Virus record (IMG/VR): IMGVR_UViG_3300036856_000029
Coordinates: 1-40,393 of that record
DNA length: 40,393 bases
Source: a virus
Lineage: Duplodnaviria; Caudoviricetes
Strand: one strand, 5' to 3'
Under the pieces are notes generated by a model. The model was not told the origin of the DNA and did no database searches. It saw only the letters and a list, made by a program, of their open reading frames with translations. Position 1 is the stretch's first letter. Each line of letters begins with the position of its first letter. This document shows, piece by piece, positions 34,445 to 40,393 of the stretch. A program made the translations under genes and the position numbers.

Positions 34445-34765
34445 CTACATCTCTTCTTCGGGAGCTGCTGCGCCTGCACCGCCGCCGGCCTCTTCGCCGC
34501 CCGGCTCGCCGCCACCAGCTGCGCCTGCATCCGGAGTCACCTGGGGCTGCTGATTCATCGCGAACTGATCGACTGTGTGCTGGCCCGCCTCTTCAGGCGT
34601 GGAGCTGACAGCCACGTTCTTCCGCTCAGGCTCGGTCTCCGCATCACCCTTTTTCTTTTTGTAGGTGTGATGGTGGATGATGTGACCGTCCTCGGTCTCC
34701 TCGCTGCGGATCTCGTGCAGGTGTTTCTTCGCGTGCTTCTTGCCTTCGTGCTCTTCCTTCGCCAT
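34445..34765 (-). CDS. Small His/Lys-rich protein
   Basis: AGGAG SD; directly upstream of TerL but no recognisable TerS motif. Confidence 0.65.
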   Translation of the reverse strand: MAKEEHEGKKHAKKHLHEIRSEETEDGHIIHHHTYKKKKGDAETEPERKNVAVSSTPEEAGQHTVDQFAMNQQPQVTPDAGAAGGGEPGGEEAGGGAGAAAPEEEM

Positions 34766-34867
34766 CGCGTTCTCCTGAAAGTGTGGCGGGGATTGTCCCC
34801 CCGCCTTCTCGACACGCTGGGGAGAGCGTGCGGGTCCCGGCTTTACGGCCCTTGCGGTGATAGCTCT

Positions 34868-35497
34868 CTAGCCGACGCAGAACTTCTGCACATTCACCGT
34901 CGTCAGCGTGCCTGCGGTCGCGCCGCTGGACGTGAAGGTGAGCGTGAAGCTCGGCAGGTTGGCCACGGTCGGAGGATTCGCGGACGGGTTGCCCTGGTTA
35001 AGGAAGCCGTTCGGGAAGTTGGAGAGCGTTACGGACGCGACGATGGTTTTGTTGACGTAGAAGTCCAGCTTGCCCGCCAACGTTCCACTCACCGAATCGA
35101 AGATGAGCTGCGCGTGTGCCCACCACGCTGCTGTGGCACTGGCCTGAGCGATCGCGCCGCTCGATCCCAGCAGCGTGTTGCTTCCGATCGTCTCGCTCGA
35201 TCCCTCGTACAACTTAATGGTGATGTTGCCGCTGGCCGTCGTCTTGATGTAGCCGGAAGCGAAGAGGTCGAAGACGGTCTGCTCGATCTGCGTGTCGGGA
35301 GGAATCGCGATCGATAATGGCACCGCCGCATTGGGCGCGCTGGGCGCGATGATCTCAGTGGCAGCAGCCAGCGTAAACAGCAACGGAAGCACGCCGGCCA
35401 ACGTTTGCGTCTGTGTCGCCTGTTGATTGAGGGGGATTTGGTTGGCGACACTCGCAGCTCCCGAGTTCGGTCCGTACGGCCGGTCTGACAATGCCAT
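34868..35497 (-). CDS. Putative beta-sandwich virion/decoration protein
   Basis: AGGAG SD; resembles 26172-26810. Confidence 0.55.
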   Translation of the reverse strand: MALSDRPYGPNSGAASVANQIPLNQQATQTQTLAGVLPLLFTLAAATEIIAPSAPNAAVPLSIAIPPDTQIEQTVFDLFASGYIKTTASGNITIKLYEGSSETIGSNTLLGSSGAIAQASATAAWWAHAQLIFDSVSGTLAGKLDFYVNKTIVASVTLSNFPNGFLNQGNPSANPPTVANLPSFTLTFTSSGATAGTLTTVNVQKFCVG

Positions 35498-35501
35498 CTT
35501 T

Positions 35502-35744
35502 TCATTCTCCTGAAGAGGGTGGATGCGCGCCTAGTGTAGTCGCATCGCGATCTTCTGTCTCTGGCATTTTTATTTCAGAGGGCTTCGCGCGGCGCACCGC
35601 CATGCGCTCGACGACGCCGGTGGTGCCGTCGCCGAATCGGACCTGGACTCGCGCGCCAACCCCGCGCAGGATCTCGCAGAGCGCGCCCTTTTTGCCGCAG
35701 CGGTCCCAATCCATCACGTAGGAAAATCCGGGGAGTGTCTTCAT
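35502..35744 (-). CDS. Small SH3/KOW-like hypothetical protein
   Basis: Start MKTLPG (ATGA overlap); V.VRF.DG...VV. Confidence 0.5.
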   Translation of the reverse strand: MKTLPGFSYVMDWDRCGKKGALCEILRGVGARVQVRFGDGTTGVVERMAVRRAKPSEIKMPETEDRDATTLGAHPPSSGE

Positions 35745-36082
35745 TGGTTCCCCTGCTTGGCGCGGTGTTCCGCGAAGGCTTTGGGCGTCGCGGTCACGTC
35801 CGGCACCGTCTTCTTCCACTCCTCGAACTGCTCGGGGTAGAGGATGTCTGGCCGGGTGCGCTCGAGCCGGCGGAAGCGTGCGAATGCTTCGCGGTCCTCG
35901 GGCGTCGATGGCTTGCGGCAGTAGCGGCACTCGCGCGTGTCCTGCTGGGCGCGCTGTGCGTCGCGGCGGATCTTCGCGCATTCTTTGGAGCAGGTGATGC
36001 TGCCCTTGGACAGCCGCTCGGTGCTGATGGGCTTGGCGTCGACGACACAAAAACCGGCTAGGTTGTAGGTACCCTTAGGCAT
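35741..36082 (-). CDS. Zn-finger protein, first gene of the virion operon
   Basis: C..D...TCS.EC and CRYC; start MPKGTY. Confidence 0.6.
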   Translation of the reverse strand: MPKGTYNLAGFCVVDAKPISTERLSKGSITCSKECAKIRRDAQRAQQDTRECRYCRKPSTPEDREAFARFRRLERTRPDILYPEQFEEWKKTVPDVTATPKAFAEHRAKQGNQ

Positions 36083-36084
36083 GA

Positions 36085-36115
36085 TTGACACACACCCCCT
36101 TCGTACCCGTATCAT
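36085..36115 (+). promoter_or_regulatory. Promoter for the RHH regulator (probably leaderless)
   Basis: TTGACA, 19 bp, TATCAT, 7 nt, ATG (36123); no SD. Confidence 0.65.
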
Positions 36116-36140
36116 ACCCCGTATGGGAAAAAGGCGGCAA
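36111..36140 (-). promoter_or_regulatory. Divergent promoter for the virion operon
   Basis: TTGCCG, 18 bp, TATGAT; its -10 overlaps the -10 of the opposite promoter. Confidence 0.5.
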
Positions 36141-36323
36141 CAGAAAAAGCCTGTCTATCGCGTGGTTGATCTGCGAGCCACCGAAGAGGAGCTGGACGAG
36201 ATTACGCGTGCAGCTCAAGCCGAGGCCGCTGAGCTTCGCATCGTCTACTCGCGGAATAACTATTGCGTGCGGATGCTGCTCGCCGCAGCGCGCAAACAGC
36301 TGAAGAAGGACGGGACCGAATGA
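36123..36323 (+). CDS. Ribbon-helix-helix (Arc-like) transcriptional regulator
   Basis: VVDLR.T.EE...I..AA........SRN.Y.V..L..A. Confidence 0.7.
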   Translation: MGKRRQQKKPVYRVVDLRATEEELDEITRAAQAEAAELRIVYSRNNYCVRMLLAAARKQLKKDGTE

Positions 36324-36604
36324 TCTATCTCGTGATGAACGGCAAAAAGCTCATCATCCTTGAGCCTGGCAATGTTGAACACATCCGCGGCGGCGGCATC
36401 GCTACGACTTCCGATAAATCGACAGCGATCGCGTACGCGCCCGATCATGTGTGGCTGCAAGAGCAGGTGATGAAGATCGGCGGGGACAAAATCACACCGG
36501 ATGATCTGGTGCGGTTGCTCAAGGAAGGCCTCAGCCGGCCAGAGGTCATCGAACGGCCGTTTCACCCCACGTGGGATGCAGCGAAGAAAGGCGGGACCGC
36601 ATGA
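36320..36604 (+). CDS. Hypothetical protein
   Basis: Start MIYLVM, ATGA overlap. Confidence 0.6.
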   Translation: MIYLVMNGKKLIILEPGNVEHIRGGGIATTSDKSTAIAYAPDHVWLQEQVMKIGGDKITPDDLVRLLKEGLSRPEVIERPFHPTWDAAKKGGTA

Positions 36605-36825
36605 GTGAGCCGACGATTCTTATCCCTGTGACGCGCAGCCAGCAGATGGCGCTGATTGACATCCTGACCTATCACATTCGGCGAACGGATGAGGTTCAGG
36701 TGTTCGTCAACTGCAGCTCGCACCCTGTAACGGAGACGACGACGGGCGAGCTGCTGCGCATCGTGCAGGAAGCCAACGCAGAGCTGATCGTTGGCACCGC
36801 CGGGGCTTGCATACTTAAGCCATAA
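36601..36825 (+). CDS. Hypothetical protein
   Basis: Start MSEPTI, ATGA overlap. Confidence 0.55.
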   Translation: MSEPTILIPVTRSQQMALIDILTYHIRRTDEVQVFVNCSSHPVTETTTGELLRIVQEANAELIVGTAGACILKP

Positions 36826-36832
36826 TTACGGC

Positions 36833-37396
36833 TTAATTATGTCGCGCAGTCTCCATCTCTTCGAGCTCGCGGAAGAGCTGACGGACCTCCTCCGTGGAGT
36901 TGTCCGGGTGCTCTGTCGGCTGGCGTGGCTCGTACAGCCGCACAAACTCGTCTAGGTCATCCTCCAGTACCCTCGCCAGCGTTACCAGCGTGGCCGCCAG
37001 CTCCTCCATCGTCGTGAAGTTGATCTCTAGATGCCCGCGCGCCAGCTTCAGTGTGTTGGGGATGCCGTAGAGGCTCATTGGGTCCACGTCGCGCTGATTC
37101 AGGAAGCGCAGCTTGCGGCGGCTGACCGTCTTCTCCTCGCGCATCTTCTCCATCTCCGCCGTCACGTCGGCCGCGGCGTCGATCCGGTCCAAGAACTTCA
37201 CCAACTCCTCGCGCTCCACCAGGTGCGAGCTGTTGAGCTCAACCGTGTTCATCGTTTCGAGGAGACGGCTGGCGGTGCGGGACTGGACCTGGAAGAGCTC
37301 TTCGAGGTCGCGGCGCGTGTAGTGGGAGCGGACGCTGCCGGCGGCGCTCTTGCGAATCTCCTTCAGCCTGGGAAGCCACGGAATCGGTCGAGCCAT
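36833..37396 (-). CDS. Hypothetical protein with N-terminal HTH/excisionase-like segment
   Basis: [21 protein letters not shown]; GAGG SD. Confidence 0.65.
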   Translation of the reverse strand: MARPIPWLPRLKEIRKSAAGSVRSHYTRRDLEELFQVQSRTASRLLETMNTVELNSSHLVEREELVKFLDRIDAAADVTAEMEKMREEKTVSRRKLRFLNQRDVDPMSLYGIPNTLKLARGHLEINFTTMEELAATLVTLARVLEDDLDEFVRLYEPRQPTEHPDNSTEEVRQLFRELEEMETARHN

Positions 37397-37494
37397 AGCA
37401 AAACGCCTCGTTTCGGGGAGGGGGGTTTTCGCGAGGCCGTGTCAAAACCCCTCAAACCCCATTCTGGCACCCCTTCCCTGCGCCCCCTGGGAAC

Positions 37495-37560
37495 CATACA
37501 TATATATGTATATATCTAGACAGATAGACCTGTATGTATGTAGACATGTAGATAGAGAGG
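37495..37560 (+). promoter_or_regulatory. Putative par centromere/operator (4-nt periodic TAGA/TATG repeats)
   Basis: AT-rich island directly upstream of parA: TAGA CAGA TAGA CCTG TATG TATG TAGA CATG TAGA TAGA. Confidence 0.65.
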
Positions 37561-37565
37561 TAGCT

Positions 37566-38255
37566 ATGCACGTTCTCGCGATCGCAAACCAGAAAGGGGG
37601 CTGTGGAAAGACGACCACGGCCATGAACCTCGCCGCTGGCCTCACCCGGGCGGGCTACCGCGTCCTCGTCGTCGACGCCGATCCGCAGGCCAGCGCCATG
37701 AGCTGGAGTCTCGCCAAGGGGCAGGGAAGCGTGCCGTTCGATGTGACCACCGCCCGCCAGCTCCGCGGCCGTCTGGGGTCGGTGAGCGAGGGCAGCCATG
37801 ATTTCGTCCTGGTCGACTGCTTGCCGGGGGTGATGACGGAGGACGACGCCGGCCGCATGGCGCGCTCGGCGGTCCGCTCGGCCGATGCGCTCCTGGTCCC
37901 GCTCATCCCGTCGCGGGTGGACTTCGTGGCGGCGGCGGCGTTCGTGCGCTACCTCGAGGGAGAGAGGACGCGCGCCGCGAAGGTCGCAGTCCTCATCAAC
38001 GGGCGTCGGCCGAACCTGCTGGGCCGCGAGGCGCGCGATCGCGCGGCGGTCCTGTTCTCGCCGATCGACGGCGCCCGCGTCCTCGAGACGACGATCGGCA
38101 TGCGAACGCCGATCACCGAAGTGTCCGGCTCCGGCAAAACCATCTTCGATTACGCGCCTGGCTCCGAGTCCGCGCGCGAGTACTTCCAGCTCACCAAGGA
38201 GATCCTGCAATGGCTAAGCGTGCCCTTATCGACGTCGACGACTTCAGCAGCTTGA
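37566..38255 (+). CDS. parA: ParA partition ATPase (type Ib, no N-terminal HTH)
   Basis: Deviant Walker [26 protein letters not shown]. Confidence 0.92.
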   Translation: MHVLAIANQKGGCGKTTTAMNLAAGLTRAGYRVLVVDADPQASAMSWSLAKGQGSVPFDVTTARQLRGRLGSVSEGSHDFVLVDCLPGVMTEDDAGRMARSAVRSADALLVPLIPSRVDFVAAAAFVRYLEGERTRAAKVAVLINGRRPNLLGREARDRAAVLFSPIDGARVLETTIGMRTPITEVSGSGKTIFDYAPGSESAREYFQLTKEILQWLSVPLSTSTTSAA

Positions 38256-38569
38256 AAACAGAGTTACCCCCTGGGCGAGATGCCGGCGAGGCTCTAAGGG
38301 CGATTGTGGGCCCGGAATCGGCATCGCAGGAGACGGCTCCGCCTATCGATTTCGCTGCTCGTGCTCAAGAACTCGAGGCTCGCGAGCGACTGATCATCGC
38401 GCAGGCGCTCGTGCGGGCCGCGCTACCTGATGATCCGTTGGTGCCGTTCCCGCTGCAGCTCCCATTCAGCATGGTGGCGGCGCTGCGGAGACTAAAACGA
38501 GAGCGCGGCCTGATCCCGGCACATATCGTGCGTCAGGCGGTCGCAAAGGCTCTCGCGGAGCTGGGCTAG
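38210..38569 (+). CDS. Type Ib centromere-binding protein (ParG-like RHH)
   Basis: AAGGAG SD; unstructured N-terminus, C-terminal FPLQLP...V..L..L......A.IVRQAV...L. Confidence 0.65.
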   Translation: MAKRALIDVDDFSSLKTELPPGRDAGEALRAIVGPESASQETAPPIDFAARAQELEARERLIIAQALVRAALPDDPLVPFPLQLPFSMVAALRRLKRERGLIPAHIVRQAVAKALAELG

Positions 38570-39612
38570 GAAGCTGTGGCGCTATGTGTCCGGCGCTCTG
38601 AGCGGCGTTTGACGGCTAACGGGCTGCGCTGGACCACCATGCCGCCGCCGTGGGGCATGTACTTGATTCGCAGGGTGGGGTAGGCAGCCTGCACCTTCCT
38701 CATCGCTACCCGCACCTTGCGGCTCAGCTCCCGGTTGCTGGCGTAGTGACAGCCCAGCTGGTCCGCGAGGTATTCCCATGTGAGCGCGTGGCTCTTGAGC
38801 TTCTTGCTGTCGATGTACTCCGTGAGGTAGCAGCACAGGATGTACAGGTCGATCGCGAGGGCCGAGCTCTTGAGCATCGAAATTGCCTCGATGCGGAAGG
38901 GCACCGCGCTCTTCATGATCGCCGCGAAGAAATCGGGGCTGAGCTCAATCCAGCTTTCGAAAAACGCCTTGCCGTCCGGGTTCCGAACGTCCCACCACAG
39001 CGCGTTCTTGGAGCTGATTGCCGCGTTCTCCAGCTCGTAGCCTTCCATCGCGCGGAGGGTGCCCGCTTCGCTGTAAACGCCCTTCAGCCCGCGGTGAAAG
39101 CTGATGTGACACTTGAGAAGCCGTTGGAGCTGCTTCTGCAGGTTGCGCGCCATGCTGCGCTTGCCTCGGCTGTCGTCGCCGATCTCCAGCTTGCGGGCGA
39201 ACTCTGCGAACGAATCGCCGAGCTTGATGCGGCGGTCCTTGCGGATCTTCGCCTCGCTGACCATCCAGATCAAAATGAGCCGTGGCAGCGCCCCGTATGG
39301 GTATCCAGTTGAGCAACTTTTTTTCACGTCCCAGCCAGGTTGAACGACTAAAGTCTCGCCGTTCTCGCCGCCGTTTTTCCGCGTCCACACAGGGACGTTG
39401 CCGGGGTCTTTGTGGGGCAGCGTGCATTTGACAAGGCACGTCGCGAGATAGCCGCTGGGGCCGTCGTCGTGCGGAATGACCTTGATTTCTGCTGCTTTGG
39501 CCGCCAGCTTCAGCTGCGCCGTGGTTGGTGTTCGCGGTGTTCCGGGGGTTTGTTTCTCGGCGTTCAGTTGAGGCCGGGAGCCAAGCTCTGTAGAGGACTC
39601 ACGTTCGTTCAT
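38566..39612 (-). CDS. repA: Plasmid replication initiator (RepA_C, IncW-like family)
   Basis: CTLPH.DP, W.R.NG, G.PYG..PRL.L.W, I.LG.S...F, QL.RL, A.DLY; start 39612 or 39636 (the track start at 39738 lies inside an iteron). Confidence 0.85.
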   Translation of the reverse strand: MNERESSTELGSRPQLNAEKQTPGTPRTPTTAQLKLAAKAAEIKVIPHDDGPSGYLATCLVKCTLPHKDPGNVPVWTRKNGGENGETLVVQPGWDVKKSCSTGYPYGALPRLILIWMVSEAKIRKDRRIKLGDSFAEFARKLEIGDDSRGKRSMARNLQKQLQRLLKCHISFHRGLKGVYSEAGTLRAMEGYELENAAISSKNALWWDVRNPDGKAFFESWIELSPDFFAAIMKSAVPFRIEAISMLKSSALAIDLYILCCYLTEYIDSKKLKSHALTWEYLADQLGCHYASNRELSRKVRVAMRKVQAAYPTLRIKYMPHGGGMVVQRSPLAVKRRSERRTHSATAS

Positions 39613-39676
39613 GTTTTTGGGCCTGTCACCATCCATTACAACGAGTGCGGCTGTTTGTCCATTCCCCTTGACCCTG

Positions 39677-39685
39677 TTATCCACA
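39677..39685 (+). promoter_or_regulatory. DnaA box
   Basis: Perfect TTATCCACA next to the iterons. Confidence 0.75.
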
Positions 39686-39721
39686 ACTTCCACAGCCAAT
39701 TTTGGGAATCGCCTCGCGCCT

Positions 39722-39999
39722 CCGGTGAATTGGTACACGCACCCGAAAAGCGAAAAAATAGCGCAAGCAGCTCAGACAAGTCCCTCCGGTGAATCGGTAC
39801 ACGCGTAGACCGGTGAATCGGTACAGTCGCGGAGCGACTTTTCCAGTATCCATGCGGGTTTTGTCGCGCGGGTTTTGGCGTTTTTGGCCGCGCGATTTGA
39901 GGGCCGCGAGACCGGTGAATCGGTACACGCGACCCTCGCGAATATTGATTCCGTCTCCGGTGAATTGGTACACGCTGACTCCGGTGAATTGGTACACGC
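39722..39999 (+). repeat. Six replication iterons (oriV)
   Basis: CCGGTGAATYGGTACA(CGC) at 39722, 39786, 39810, 39912, 39957, 39981, upstream of repA. Confidence 0.92.
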
Positions 40000-40393
40000 T
40001 TAACCAGGTAGTAGGAACAGATACGTGGTGACCGCACGTAGTCGGCGGCAACGCAAAAGTGGAAATCCTCGCTCACCCGCCTTCTGGGCAGCTCTGGCGA
40101 TCTCGCGATCTCTGACAGCGCTCCGGCGATCCGCACTGGCTCTCTCAGCACCTTTCCAGCACCCCTAACTTCTGTCGCCTCTACAGGCATTTGCACTAAG
40201 TGCCACACGCACCCTCTAAGGGACCTCTGAGCCTGTAAGAAAGAGCGCTGCGCGCGCCCTGCAACCGCCCCTGCCCAAACAATGATGCAACGGTGAAGGG
40301 TAACAAAGAATAGGCACAGGGCTAATACAACGTCCAAGCCAATAGACAAAGACTTGCGAGAATGGTTAGGCTAAACAAAGATTCTTGCGATAT

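Larger units (their letters stand above)
1..40393. mobile_element. Phage-plasmid (podovirus-like virion genes + iteron replicon + par system), probably the whole genome
   Basis: TerL, portal, MCP, tail/ejection genes and lysis genes co-occur with RepA, iterons, a DnaA box and ParA/RHH; no integrase and no flanking host housekeeping genes seen. Confidence 0.88.

Noticed and set aside
34445-34765. Small terminase subunit
   Set aside because: Position fits but no HTH or oligomerisation helices are recognisable; left as hypothetical
34780-34860. tRNA gene
   Set aside because: The 7-nt loop GGACAAT is not a TTCRANT T-loop and no cloverleaf forms; no tRNA recognised anywhere
37440-37445. Minus-strand promoter at TTGACA upstream of 36833-37396
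   Set aside because: No plausible -10 at 16-19 bp
39722-39999. CRISPR array
   Set aside because: Repeats are 16-19 bp with irregular periods (64, 24, 102, 45, 24), sit beside repA and a DnaA box, and no cas genes are present: iterons
39636-40349. ORFs across the iteron region (VPIHR/YQFTG repeats) and the 39738 start of RepA
   Set aside because: The peptide repeats are just translated iterons
40378-40393. dif (XerCD) site or hairpin telomere at the window junction
   Set aside because: Only weak resemblance to a XerC arm, no XerD arm, no terminal palindrome and no protelomerase

Overview
The window reads as a near-complete or complete, GC-rich ~40.4 kb phage-plasmid: a podovirus-like tailed phage carrying a plasmid replicon, with no integrase seen. 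Modules in order: (i) 298-4072 (+), an early/'leading-region' operon behind a sigma70 promoter, with a clamp-loader-like AAA+ protein, ArdC, a DUF6908-like protein and small ORFs. Four of its genes start in a repeated hairpin+SD leader and a fifth is preceded by a type II hammerhead ribozyme with a full consensus core. (ii) 4164-5968 (-), a lysis cassette: lambda-R-like endolysin, holin-like ORF and an odd TM+signal peptide+beta-barrel protein. (iii) 6061-11158 (-), an early/middle operon: KhpA-like KH protein, SMC/Rad50-like ATPase, HNH, RusA and small Cys-rich ORFs. (iv) 11206-36082 (-), the virion operon: TerL with an apparently catalytically dead nuclease domain, portal, scaffold, MCP with a hydrophobic leader, adaptors, nozzle, ejection proteins, SleB-like hydrolase and a fibre with a signal peptide. 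(v) A divergent switch with an RHH regulator at ~36.1 kb. (vi) A type Ib par locus, RepA, a DnaA box and six iterons. All family calls come from motif recognition by eye, not database searches. An Acidobacteriota host is only a guess from gene style. Circularity cannot be shown from the window.
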